Assembly: GCA_964270895.1 (NCBI GenBank)
Contig: OZ185441.1
Length of the DNA stretch: 64,000 nucleotides
Strand: one strand, 5' to 3'
DNA from: Podarcis filfolensis
Lineage: Eukaryota
The position numbers and the translations under genes are program-made. Positions within the stretch are counted from its first letter, which is position 1. Each line of letters begins with the position of its first letter. Under the pieces are notes generated by a model that saw only the letters and a program-made list of their open reading frames with translations, was not told where the DNA came from and did not search any database. This document shows positions 1 through 13,127 of the stretch, in pieces.

Positions 1-76
1 TGACACCCGGGGTGGACCGCACCCACCGCACCCCCTTCCTCTGCCAGTGCTTCTGCCCACTCTTCTTCATTCATTA

Positions 77-2185
77 CACTGGGCAACAATTTTTTACTTT
101 TTGAATGTTGTCTAGATTTCTGCAACTGATTTAGGGTATTTTTGCAGTGCTGAATCAGGAAATGGCATCCGTTTCTCTCCATCAGGTCAGGTTTACTGTA
201 AACTGAATGGTGGGCATTGATAAAGGTAAGTACATGTAAATTGCATGTTGCTTCACTATTTTTCAAACTTCGGGGCTTGAACTTCCGTTTCTTGGAACTC
301 CAGGAATGCTCAGCGGCAGGGAGGTCTCTCTTCAGAGTCCAACAGTAGTCAGCCATCATGACTGCGTCCCAGTGACCCTGATACCTGGTCTCCATCTCTT
401 TCATGTTCTGATGGAATCTCTCCCCCTGCTCGTCACTCATTGAACCCAGGTTCTCAGGAAACCGGTCCATATGTGAAAATAGGTAGTGCATCTTGACACT
501 CATGTTGCAGCCCAGGTTTCTGAAAGCAGTCAGCATGTTGTTGAGAAGTTCTGCATAGTTTCTGGCCTTATTGTTGCCAAGAAAGTTCTTCACTACCAGA
601 ACAAATGCCTTCCACGCTTCCAGTTCCACTTCGTTCATTGAGTTTCCGAACTCTGGATCTCTGATGAGCTGACGGATCTGAGGACCATCAAAGATGCCAG
701 CTTTCAACTTCTCCATGGTCAATCCTGGAAAAGCCTGGCACAAGTAAGTGAAGCAGTCACCATCCTTGTCCAGAGCCTTGGTGAACTACTTGATTAAGCC
801 GAGCTTGATGTGCAGCGGTAGGAAGAGTATTCTGTCTCTGTCCACCAGAGGGTCGTTGATGACGTTCCTTTTTCTGCAAGGCACCAATTCCTCCCGCACA
901 GGCCAGTCCTTCTTCGTGTAATGCTGAGCACGGTCCCTACTACCCCACATGCACAGAAAACATGGGTACTTGGTGAAGCCAGACTGTTGTCCCAACAAAA
1001 AGTTCACCATCTTCAGGTCAACACAAATAAACCACTTATGCTGATCATAACCAATTTTCTCCAGCACATACTTCACCGCTTCATAGTTCTCCTTCAGTGT
1101 ACTCGAGTGAGCCAGGGGTATAGAGGCAAACTGGTTGCCGTTGTGTAGCAGAACACATTTCAGTGATCGCTTGCTGCTGTCAATGAACAGTCTCCAATCT
1201 TTGGGTTCGTACTGTGGCACTCCAAGCTTGAGCAGAAGCTGCACAATATCTGCACAGTACACCAAAACCTTCTCTTCCGAGAAAAAACGGAGGTACTCTT
1301 GATGCCTGTTGCGGAAGAAGCTGATGCGAGCACTGTCAGAGAGGAGGTTTTTTTCCTTCAATCTGGATGCCAACAGTTCGGCAGAGTCCTTTGACAAGCT
1401 GAGGTCGCGAACTAGATCATTCAACTCCTTTTGGGAAAATGGATGTGGAGCATCATCTTCAAGAACCACTTCCTCTTCTTCATGTCCTTCAACACTGGAG
1501 GCATCTTCATCACTAATGTCAGGAAGTTCTCCAAAGATAGGCACTGGAATTTCATCACAATGAGCTACAGGACGACGTGCTGATTGAAGATCAGTATACT
1601 TGAGGCTGCTCCGGTTCTTTCTGTTGATCCCAGTCACATCAACAGCGCAGAAGTAGCAGTCAGTGACATGATTTGTCGGCTCCCTCCAAACCATGGGAAT
1701 TCCAAAGTTCAGACTCCTCTTGCCATTGGTCCACCCACGTAGAGTCTCGGTGCATGCCTTGCACACCATGTGTGGCGCCCAAGCTTTACACTTCGTGGGG
1801 CGGCTGCCCCATTAACTTAGTTTTGATCTCCCAACTTTATGCTTTGCCACACCAATTTAAGGAAGATTTCGAGGTTTTATGACTTCAAACTGATCCCTTT
1901 TCGACATAATCACCCAGAACTATCGGACCTGAATATTTCTTGTCATTAAAATAATCATTTCCAATCAAAACAATTATTCGACATGGCATGTTACCCCCAC
2001 CAACTTCTTCTAAAATGCTCCACACAAGCGTACATGTGAACAAAAATGTAAAAAAACAACATGTGGTCATACCTCAAAAACTTGACCTGATTGAGCAAAA
2101 CCAATGTGATTTTTGGATTCAGCACATCAGATTCGTCCTAAATCAGCTGAAAAAACGCAGACAACAAATTTGTTGTTGACCAGTG
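77..2185 (-). mobile_element. Chapaev3-type (CMC superfamily) DNA transposon, both ends present, defective
   Basis: Terminal inverted repeats CACTGGGCAACAA (77-89) and TTGTTGACCAGTG (2173-2185) match at 12/13. TTA flanks both ends (74-76, 2186-2188), a 3-bp TWA target-site duplication. Subterminal motifs CTGATTTAGG, GTGCTGAATC and TCAGGTCA occur at both ends with identical 11- and 25-nt spacing. An internal transposase frame is present. Confidence 0.88.
273..1835 (-). pseudogene. Chapaev transposase pseudogene
   Basis: The 327-aa ORF 786..1769 has Chapaev-type motifs (WAPHMVC..C, PMVWREP.NH..DCYFC, WRLFIDSSKRSLKCVLLH, DLKMVNFLLGQQSGFTKYPCFLC, PLHIKLGL). After a single TAG at 786-788 the same frame continues (FTKAL..GIFDGPQIR..KMHYLFSHMDRFPENLGSMSDEQGERFHQ..RYQG.W..MMADYCW..KRKFKP). 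The N-terminus is truncated and interrupted by a 32-nt insert. Confidence 0.85.
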
Positions 2186-3309
2186 TTATTTATCCCTTTC
2201 TGTTACTGAAAAGATGCTGACACCTCCCAGTGCAATGAATCCAGCCTCGCAGTTATAAGGTCAGGTACTGCTACTAACCACCACCACCCCTTCCTCCTGG
2301 TTATGGTCATTGGCTGTCCAAACACCACCATAAGACTTTGTGTCTTCTTTTCTGCTGTGGTTTAATGTGCTTCAAATAGCTTTGTTGTCCTCAAGTTTCC
2401 ACAGTCTTGATTTGCCATGGACACACTGATATGTTGACACACTGATATGTCTACAGGGCTGAAAAGCAAATTTGTTCCGGCCAATGCGGGAATCTGCAGT
2501 AGAACATCTTCTGATAGATTGGCTTCTAATATGCTAACCAGATATGACTATCATCTCTTAACTGGGTCAAAGGCCTATATTTCTTACACTTAAAGGTTTC
2601 AAGCTATTTTAAAAATTAAGCCTTTTAGTTTGTCCACTGAACCTTCTCAAATTCCAGCAGTGTATTTTTAATGCATTTCTTCGGATGATTCCTTACGATT
2701 CCATTTTTGAATCTCCAGTGGGGTAATGTGCAGATCAAACATTCTGCATATGACTGCTGGCTGACCTGACCCAAATTATATTTCTCAGCCCTTAAGCCAC
2801 ATCTGTTCCCCTAAAACAGAGAGATAAAATAGATAGTATTCATCCTTTTATAGCAATTAATACTGGTAGATGTACCAAACTGAACTCTAAAGACAAGAAG
2901 ACATTAGCTTATGGTACGAAGATGTCACTCTTAATGTATCTTGTGTCATTTATTCTGTGATAGTCCAAAAAACATAGCAGGGCCATGCCTTTATTAGGCA
3001 AACAAAAGATCACTCAATAGTGTGCAGTCTTTTGAGTTCTCTCTTTTGTCCTCACAAATTGTGTCTGTAATGGTGGCAGGACTGAGAGATTGCTCCCCCC
3101 CAAAAAAAAATCTCAAAGCCCAGACAGGCTCATATAGGGAGATACGGTACTTCAGGAAGTCTGAACCCAAGCCATATAGGGTTTTTGAGGTTAAAACCAA
3201 CACTTTGAATTATACCCAGAAACAGACTGGTAGCCAGTGGAGCTGTTGTAACAAGGAGTTTCTATTCTCCTTATAGATAGCTACCTCTGCTCAGCAATCT
3301 GCTGCAACA

Positions 3310-3600
3310 TCTTGTCCCATTGAAGTTCTTGAACACTTGCCATTTAGAGTATGTTACAGGAATCCAAACAGGATATAACTAAGGCATGTATCGCTGTGGC
3401 CAGATCAGACATCTCCAGGAATGGGTGCAGCTGGCACATTACTTTTAAATGTGCAAGCACACTCCTGGCCACTGCCAGAACCTCTGCATCTAGGCTCAGG
3501 GTTAAATTCAGGAATACACCCAACATGACTTTTCAAGAGGAGTGTTCTTCTTACCTCAGAAAGCTGAGTTCTTCTTACCAGATCCACCTTTAACTGCCCA
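3310..3600 (-). mobile_element. L2 LINE ORF2 fragment (old)
   Basis: Minus-strand peptide VARSVLAHLKVMCQLHPFLEMSDLATAIHALVISCLDSCN resembles the post-RT region of squamate L2 ORF2. Boundaries are approximate. Confidence 0.65.
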
Positions 3601-6600
3601 GGATCACACCTGTCTTTTCTGAATTAGATTTACTCACCTTCACCTTGTCCAAAACTGACACAAGACACTGGTTTGGCCCCAAACCAGCTTCCTCAAATTT
3701 AGACAGAAAAGATAGATCTGAAGAGTTTATTTCAAGCACCTTGGCATGGAATGCTAAACATATGGTTTACATTTGAGATGCTTTATGACAAAGCAGCTCA
3801 TGGTAACAGCCATACAACAGACTTGTGTGAACATCTAATACACCTTGTCTACATCTTGATCCAACTCAAAATACCTTTTTGTTTGTTTGTTATTTGGATT
3901 TTATAAACAAGAATGATGTTATACAAACAAGTATACCAAGTTTTCTCGTGTCATTTCTATATAACAAAAATAGCATAATAAATGCGGGAAAATATCTGCA
4001 ACGATGTATGTTTCATTACTAGTGGGAAATGTTTAAGACCTTGCAAAAAGCTCACCTGGATCAACGACATTGCATTGTAATTTGGACTGCACATTAGGCT
4101 GATGCACACCTGTAATATTTACTGAGAACTTTCATAGGTACCATAGGAGACCCCGCATCTCAGGGCTCTGTGTCAGTTATCCACAGCATAGGGTGAGGAA
4201 TTTTTTCATGTCATGGTATGCATCATTTCTAATCCATCCTCCAAGACACTGTTGGGGGGGGGGTTGAGTAGGTCAGTTTTGTCCCTGCACCTCAGCTTGA
4301 CACTCTTGACATTCTGTCGCTCCTGTAGGCCACTGAGCATGCTTAGCCTTTATCAAACTATTTGGGGTGGAGTATTTTAATTTATATTCAGATACTTTGG
4401 GTAGACCCGAGTACACAGAACCAGAAACAAATGCCTTATCATTAATAATGGGTCTACGTCTCTGCCAAACTGATAGGCACTGGACCACACAGGTTTGATA
4501 TAGAAGGGATGGTGATTGTGATAATTAAATTGACCTAAGCACTGGGTATGTTTGCAAGCATGCCATTCACTTTGCTTTAAACAAAAAAGAGTGTCTGTGA
4601 TGATTTCTGTCATGTTATGACACAGAAAGAAAGAAATAATAAGAAGCTCATGCTCTAAGAATACATTGTTTGCCTCGATTTAACCCTGAATGTATCAAAG
4701 AAAAACAGACCTTGGGTTCTGAATGAATTCCACTCCTGAATAACCCTACCCTCTGCTGAAACCTGCTACCTCAAACATTCCTCTCGCTTTTGGTATTTCT
4801 CTTGTATGTGGTACATAATGGTACCCACTGGGGGGGGGTGATTCCATGTGGATTTCAACATTTAAAAAGCTCACGCTTCAGCAATGATGCCCTTTTGAAG
4901 CACGGCTAAACAAACTGATTAAAATAGCTTGAAGAAATATGATTTATTTTGAAGGATTCTATTTTTAGCATCACCCAATCCTTTTTGCAGGTTTAGCTGC
5001 CAGAGCAGCAAAATGCTCTGTTTTGCCGCATTTGCCTGCAAATATGAATGGAAATAAGTAAGAAATCTCAATGCCCCTTCCCACTAGTGAAAAATTCAAG
5101 TACTACTGGAGCAATCCTGAAGGTGCTTACAGAAGCACCTAGAAACAGATGTCACTGTGCCCTGGAAATACCCTCCCTGTCTTATGGTTCTTGCCTTTCC
5201 TGACTCACCAAAGCAGTCAGGGAAGGTCTGTTTGGATGCGTAACAAGAGTAGTAAATGCCACCTTGAGGGAAGGTATGGTACCGGTAAGATCACTTAAGA
5301 TGATTCTGTGATGCCAAAAGTTTTTATGCCCTCTCTCCCACCCAAAACAGCCCCAAATTGTTGCTCTCTCTCTCTTTTTTTTTAATCAAAGTTGGCACAC
5401 CCAATTTTACACTTCAGTCAGGGCCTTCTCCATTGCAGCAGTCAAGTTGTGAAACACCTTTTCCTGTGAGGTTTGGTTGACCCCCTCTTGTACTTTTTTC
5501 TACTGGCTAGAAAGTTCTACTGACTTTCTAATCTAGATGAATTTTGTCTTATCAAGTAGATAGTTTTTATTCAAAGGTTATTTTTTGTTTCTCATGACTG
5601 CCTCTATTGTATTTTATTGAAGTTGTAGTTTCATGGTAAGATTGTAATTTTAATTATAGGGGCCTGGAGTGGTGTATAGGGCATCAGAACGATGGGGTAC
5701 AACAATTCTCTTACGAAATATTAAATGGTCAGATGTCCCTATCCCTTTCCATTGCCCCAAACAGGGAAAACAAGTTCTGTAGTTTGGCAGCAAAAACCAG
5801 GTGTGCATAGTGCTGATTGGCTAGTGACCAAAATCCTACCCTTCTCCCTGAAGCAATTCTGCAACATTAAAACAACAATAACAAAAACAGATTGAGTGTA
5901 CTCCTAATAATATAAATGCACTTGATAGTTTTTTAAAAGACTGATAGAAAAGTAAACCTGACAACAAACTGAGCATTCAAAGTTGAGGCAAGCACAACTG
6001 TCAATTTCAATGCAAAGCTGCTGGTAGTGGAGTTCTCCCGACCAGAGGAAAAACAAAGAATCACTTCTTCTTTGTAAGTACATCTGTACAAATCTGGATT
6101 CTTCTATAGATAAGTGTAGTAGCTGATAGTAGTGAGATCAGTTCCCCCCAACCTGGACCTTTTCTTTTATTTTTATTTTTGCCTTTTGAAAAAGTGTAAG
6201 ATACAGTAAACATTTGGCGTATTTTATGGGAGCTGCAGCTGACTTAACTGAGCTGTGACTAAACTGAAGAAATGAAGCAGCTAGTTTGAACAGCTATTGT
6301 GGTTTCCCTTGTGATGAATAGCTTCTGTTTATATCAGAGGTTCAGATCTCCATGTGATACACTTTCTCTATGTTCTGGAACTTGTTTTTTTCCAGCGGCT
6401 GCTGGATTTTAGTGCTTTGAGCTGCCTAAAGCGCTCCACAGACTTGAAAGGAAAGATCGGGTGCAAAAAAAGATCTTCTGATAAAGAGAGAGAACATCAA
6501 GTCCATGGAGATTTTCCCTCAAGTTCAGATTTTACTAAGCATACATACTGGGATTTAAAATAAATCACCATCACTAAGAGACTGACAGGGCAACCTTACG

Positions 6601-6749
6601 GTTCTATTATGCTGGTGGGTGCTGCAGTTCTTGAAGGGCGTTCAGATTGCACACACATATAGTGTTGAAAGAAGATGTGGTTTGCAAGAACTTGCAGACT
6701 AGCCTACCACCACCAATGTGCACAGCACAAGGACATGCACCCCACTGTT

Positions 6750-7030
6750 CATGTGCTCATTTTTCAACTCTTAAGTTCAGCTCTCTACATTTACACATCA
6801 GTTTGCATTTTAAAAACTCCTTATGAAAGTTCGTCAGCATTTTAGTTCACATGTCTCCTAATACACACATTTTTGCAATGCAATTTTCCCCAGTGTAATA
6901 CATTTTTATGTTACTTTTACTAATGTATGCAATTAGTGTGCATTAGTATTTGTGTTTATTCTAATGTACCTGGATGGAAAACTTCATTGCAAAATTCAGA
7001 GAAGTGTCAATTTTGAAGGGAGGCTGAGTT
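6750..7030. repeat. Unclassified old interspersed repeat (MITE-like)
   Basis: Resembles a common lizard non-autonomous element (…ttcattgcaaaattcagagaagtgtcaattttgaaggg…). Recognised from memory only. Confidence 0.35.
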
Positions 7031-7154
7031 TTTGTAATGTCATAAAAAGTGCTCTCCTATCTCTGCCTGTGACGCCCTGACCCCTATGCATTCTTGCAAT
7101 GAGTTCTCAGGTTTGGGACTGGGGTGTGTATAACTCTTTTACTAGGAAAAATAG

Positions 7155-7273
7155 TATCTGAAGAATAGTATCTGTGTATCTGAAGAAGTGTGCATGCACA
7201 CGAAAGCTCATACCAAGAACTAACTTAGTTGGTCTTTAAGGTGCTACTGGAAGGAAAAAAATTTTTTGTTTTG
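7155..7273 (+). mobile_element. Penelope-like element terminal fragment
   Basis: Contains the typical reptile PLE end gtatctgaagaagtgtgcatgcacacgaaagctcatacc…ttggtctttaaggtgctactgga. A 14-bp direct repeat ACTAGGAAAAATAG flanks it (7141-7154, 7274-7287). Confidence 0.8.
7176..7213 (+). ncRNA. Minimal type I hammerhead ribozyme (PLE-associated)
   Basis: Stem I GUAU(7176-79)/AUAC(7210-13). Core CUGAAGA (7180-86) plus an extra A. Stem II GUGUG-CAUG-CACAC (7188-7201). GAA (7202-04). Loopless palindromic stem III AG/CU (7205-08). Cleavage triplet CUC, predicted cut between 7209 and 7210. Confidence 0.7.
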
Positions 7274-7855
7274 ACTAGGAAAAATAGCACTGACTTAAAA
7301 CAAACAAAAGTACATAAAAGCAAAAGGCGCAAAAAATTAGGGGATTTGGTCACATAAAGCAGGGCTGAATTTTAGGGATCAGGTAAAATCTGGACAAAAA
7401 TATGTCTTTTACAAAACATCGGAAGCAAGTGAAGTTTGCAAGTGACTGTGTTGCAACATAATATTAACCCAGATAAAATAAATCATCCTGCAGGTTATGT
7501 GCAGAACAGGGAAAACAAAATGATTGGGGGTCAAGCAGTGAAAGCATTGGGGGAAGTATAGCAGGTAGAGAGGACAAAGAAGAGGGTTTTAGAATGGAAA
7601 GTTAAAAGAAACATCAATGAGGAGGACTGGCTGGCAGCCACCTGGAAGCGGAATTCATATATGACAGGTTGGAATTATTCACTAAAAAGAGCAACTTTCA
7701 GTTAAGTAGCTTTCACTAAAATCCACTTCATTTCCAAGTGACTGGAAGGTGGCCAGAATAACAGTAATTACACTCATGGAAGGTGAACAAAAGTAGGTTG
7801 TGAGCAGGTGGATGGGCTGGCTGGCAACCTGGCCAGTGTCCAGAAAGCAAGTCAT

Positions 7856-8200
7856 TCATACCCTCCAACATTTCTCCAATGAAAATAGGGACGTCCCATT
7901 CCATAATGATAATTTTATCATTTATACACCACACATCTTATTGGGTTGCCCCTGCACTCAGCCAGCTTCCAACATATATAAAAACATAATAAAATATTAA
8001 ACTTTTTTTAAAAACCCTTCCCTATATAGGATTACCTTCAGACAGCTCAGGGGTTGGATAACGCCATACCCTCCAACATTTCTCCAATGAAAATAGGGAC
8101 ACCCTAAGTAAATCAGGACATTCTGGGATCAAATCAGAAACTGGGATGGCTTTTCTAAATCAGGGACGTCCTTGGAAAATAGGGACACTTAGAGGGTCTG
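7856..8200. mobile_element. Nested MITE fragments with an L2 3' tail fragment
   Basis: Motif catac cctccaacatttctccaatgaaaatagggac is repeated at ~7856 and ~8066, either side of an L2-tail-like AT-rich piece. Confidence 0.45.
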
Positions 8201-11200
8201 AGTCATTTAGTCTGGGAGCATTTTGGTTTTCTATCTAGAGACAAGTTGTGCAGACAGAGAAGCCAGGCCAGGTTGTGAGGATTTAAACAGCCAGGGTGAC
8301 ACCCCATTGGCCTGTGTGTCACCTGACAACCACTTTGTTAACCAGTTAAAGTACCTCCTTCAGGCCAGCTGCCCAGCTATTGCCAAGTGCAAAAAGTCCT
8401 CCATTTGGTGAACTGCTGTGGTGACCACAGAGTGAGAAAGAAGCTGAATTCAAACCAAACTTTGACAGTATGAAATAAGAAAATTGTGCAAATTAAGACT
8501 GAGAAATAAATGTGTGCTTCATTTCATTAATTTACTATGCTGTGTTTTCCAGTTTTGAAATGTGGTATGCTGAACATACAGAATTCCAAGCTTCTGGAGT
8601 ATAAACATTTTGGATCTAAGGATTAAGGTTTCTTGTAACTTTGCTGCTAAATCACTCTTTCTTCAAACAAAATCTCTTTGAAACAAAAACAAAAAAGCTA
8701 AAGATGAATCATTTTTTCAGCTCAATGGGTGGTTCTGAACTATTGCCTTCTGTGATTTGAGGTCTCTTGTGATCACTTGTATATTACCCCAGCCTCAGAT
8801 TACTACAATGCATTAAAGCTCATCCAAAGTTCTCCTGTTTTCTCTTGAAAGCATTTGGGTTCAGAAAAGAAAAAGCAATGTCTTGCATTTGTAAAAGAGC
8901 TGAAACAAAGTGTAGCCTGGATAGGATCACAAATCTGGGGAGAATATTTCAAGAATCAACTTGTAGGGTTAAAGCCAAATTAATTTGCCTGTTACACCAT
9001 AAATATATATTGGGGAGCATTCCATGTTGTCTGTGGTCGATCTCATTATAAAGCCATAAATTGTGAATAGTGTCTTTTTATTTTAAAAGCCTCATGAAAT
9101 TTATTGTCCACTCTATCACAAAGCTGATTATTGAAAGTATATGATAGGCAAGGCATCAAGAGAATGCATGAAACTTTCTGCTTTCATAGAAACAGCATTT
9201 TTCAGGTTAGATTAAATGAGTAAATGAGTAAATGATTGAAGCCACGAGATTGTTTTCGCCAGTGTGTGGATTGTGGACTCCCACTCTTATGTGTTTTTGG
9301 TTGATAGTTTATGATTTAAATATTTCAGACGCCTTAATGACGACATTGTAGGATTAGCCTGTCAAATTATTTCATAAAGCCCATATGAAATTGAAGACAT
9401 GAGCTTGGCAAGGTCTCAGACTGATGAAAACCTGATGCAGAGTATCTAAACATAACTGAGGTGGAAGACAAAAATACCTACAAGCCGGACATAAGCAGAA
9501 TTCTTTCATAGAAAGAATTCATAGAAAGAATTACTTGGAGCACTTGTCATAATAATAGGCACATGGACTTTACTGATGTTGTTTTTTTCAAACCAATCAA
9601 AACGTTTGTTCCCACTACACTAATACTCATGCTTCATGCCCTTTTGTTGAAAAAGAACCCAGTTATTCCATCCAATAGCTAGTAATAATGGTGACAATAT
9701 CAGTATGTCATCAAGGACAATTAACCTTTCTCCATTGTCCTGTTATGACAATCAGACTTGATAGCTTTGAAAATCAACAAAACACAGTTTTTAAAAAACC
9801 TATCCAGCTTGATTTATTCAGAAATGTGGTGTTAATGCTGAGGTTCATTTGCACAAAATAGCCCTCATCGAGCAATCCAATCTCCATCCCCAATCCACCA
9901 TACCAGAGGTGCTTTGAATATGGTGGGGTCTCTGCCACTCTGTTCAGCCCTGCCACTCCCAGACTGGAGTTAGGATTGCTCCCGTATTTATTCACCGGTT
10001 GTCAAGCCTACCACATATCTGCCTCGTCCTTTGAAGAGGCAATCCAGAATGTAAATGCACCTGCAATTCCCTGTGCCAGCTTTGTTGCATCTGCACTTGA
10101 CAAGAGATGTAAAGCTGCAGACAGGGAAATGGAAGCAGATTTGTGGTTGTTTATGTAAGCAGTTTGACCCATTCATATTATATTATATGTAATATGAAAA
10201 GCCTCAATAAATGTTTTGACAGATATGATATAGTGGCAGAGAGCAATGATTGTAGGGTTTTAAGCCAGCCATTCTCTCAGTTCACACTGGCAGGCAATCA
10301 ACTCTTGTCTACCCCCTTCCTGTCTGGCACAGCTTATTAAACAAGATGGCTTGGTGGAACAGATCCCAAACAATAAGAATCCTGGGCACAATTCAGAGAA
10401 ATCTAGATAGGATGCATCCTTTTTGTACAAAATTCGGTGCTTCTGATACCTGGTTACATTCCCAGTAATTTTTGCACAGTAGTTCCCTTTTAAGTGCTGT
10501 TCTCTAACTTTTGAGTTGAAATAAATAGCTGTAAAATAGTTGTATTAATCTTCATGTTCCCTTTTCAAGTACTGTTAAAAACTGGACACATGCTGATGGG
10601 CTGTTGGAAGTTGTAGTCCAAAACATCTGGATTTATGGAAGGCTGCAGCATTTGATACATTGTTGATGTTTGTACTGTGGAATTGCTTCAATGTATTTTA
10701 TGGGAAGCAATTCATAACTGGAATCAAATAAATGAATACAGATTCTATTTTTTGCCGGATTTCATTTTGCACATCCTCCATGCTTTCCCATTCATTTGAG
10801 TTCAGAGAGAGAGAGAGAGAGAGAGTTCACTGGAAGCTTTTAGGAACTGGCTTGGACTGACTAATTCTGCATCTGCCTAAATATTCGGCTGTGAAATGCC
10901 CAAGACTGATTTCTTTCTAGCCCTTCTGCAACTTGATTTCACAAGCTGTGTGGTGTAGCAAATCACTTTAAGAGCCGGACAAACAATATGAAGCCAGTAA
11001 ATGTCAGAAAAACCAGTTTGCAACAGAGGGGCTGGATCAAGTTGGAAATTGCCTAGGAAGAAGTTTTTACTATTTTGTCAAATTAAAACTGAAGGAGAAT
11101 TCAAAACACACACACACACACAACCAAAAGCAAACCAGTTTAAAGCACTGCCTCTCCCCCTCAATTAAACAGTTCTTTGGAAGGGATACTGTATATGTTT

Positions 11201-12221
11201 TTGCAGATTTAGTACAGCTGTAGAATCAACATGATGATAATTGGAGAACTATAGCACTGGAAATGTTCATTCCCCAAATAGATCAACTGGAAATCAAACC
11301 ACAAAAACACCAGCTTATTTTTTTATCAGCTGTTTACCTTTTTAATTGATGTCCTTTTGATTTCAGCTCCTAGCTACCCAGTTACTGAAACCTTTTTCAG
11401 TTATGGATCTTCTGTCACACATTGACTCACCAAAAGGCTGGACAAAAGAACTGGCCAGATTTGTTGCAGAAACATGCATAGCAGAACACAGAAGACAGTG
11501 GAAAGGATCTGAAGATATGGCATGCACAGGTTTGGGTTGGAGAAGACTTCATGCAGACTTCATGCAGAGCTGCTCCCTATCTCCCTCAGAGCTGCTTCCA
11601 CTGGCAAGGAAAGTGCCCCATGTGTGCATCTCTTTCTTTGGAACCCTGCCAACAACAATAAGCCCAACAGAGAACAATGGTGGGGCTGGTGTCGTCTTTA
11701 TACCAAGGATAGGGAACCTGTGGCCCTCCAAATACCAATGGACAACAACCCCTATCATCCCAGACCATTGACCATGCTTGCCAGAGCTGATGGAAGCTGG
11801 AATCCAACAACATACAGAGGGCAACAGGTTCCCCATCCCTGCCAGGGAATAAGCTCCATTGGACTCAACTGGACTTTCTTCTGAGTAGTCATGTATAGAA
11901 TTGTGCTATTTGAGTTTAGGAAAAAAAGATGTGGCGTAACTAACAATTCACAGCATCAAGATAGCCTGGAGAGTATCTATGCTGCGTGAGAGTCATTAAG
12001 TACCCCATGCAACACAAATAATATCTTGGAGACCTTGTTAACCCTTCATTTTCAGCAGGTGATAATGAAAGCTGATTCGAACTGGGCACACAGAGGAAGT
12101 ACTCACAAACCAACTTCACACACATGCCAGTCTCATCCCAGATTCACTCAATTCACATGCTCCACATACTGATCTGGCACTGTGAGTTTTTCACCTCAAT
12201 GAAGGACAATATGCCACTGAG

Positions 12222-12713
12222 TGTCAGGGACTGGGCAGAGATGGAATGGCAGAGACTGCCTCCGCATCCTGACCCTTCCAGGTTGGAGGTGGAGGAAGGC
12301 AGTATATATTTACAACAAGCTTTGAAGGAGGTCGTAGCTCAGAGGCAGATGAAGGGAAAAGTTGGGAAATCATGGGACAGCCAAAATACACCCAGCTGAC
12401 ATGTTGTCATTAGAAAGCATTCCAGACCCTCCATCTCCCAGAACCTGGCAAGCCTTAAAAGTAGGAGAGCAGAGAACTCAAAGACAGAAGGCATGTAGAA
12501 GCACCCGTAGAGGAGGTGATTATGATGACAAATGAGGAAGTGGGAGAGTAGGGAGAGGGGTGGAGATTCACTCGGGACAATACCATTATTTGAGGGTGGG
12601 TTCTATAGCCTCTCTCTGTAAAAATTGAAATAAAAAAGGTCTGTAAAAAACTTTTCCTTGTCTTTATACTTTCCTAGGCAACCAGCCAGGAGCAGCTGAC
12701 AGCATCCTGACCA
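12222..12713 (+). mobile_element. Probable solo LTR
   Basis: Starts TGTCAGGGA and ends near CTGACA/ATCCTGAC. AATAAA at ~12628. Internal pattern resembles squamate LTRs. No clear target-site duplication. Confidence 0.4.
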
Positions 12714-13127
12714 TATATCCATGGTTGTAGTCCTGCTCATACCAGACTAGGAGAAAGCCTGTGTGCTGCAGGGACTGCTACAGCTTCAAGGTCCATAGAT
12801 CTCCTCTCTGTACTTTTTCCTGCATGGAAATTAAAGGTGATATCCAATGTCAGTCATCCTATGAGAGTTACTTTGTTGGCTATCACTCCAATCTCTGTGT
12901 AGGAAATGTAATGTATGAAGTGACTCTTGGGAACATTTTGGATTCTAGCGCCTGATGCTTTCTCTCAAGAAAGATAAGTAAGTATGAATAAGTTCAGAGT
13001 AACTAAATTGTGGGGGAAGGAAGGGTAACTATGCAGCTTTGTATGTGTATATGTGATTGCAGATTTATGCTAGCTGTCATTCCCGAAATGTTAAAGAATG
13101 ACAACCAACATTATTGTGTGCTACAAG

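Noticed and set aside
921-1882. Short + strand ORFs inside the Chapaev element
   Set aside because: They are antisense shadows of the transposase frame.
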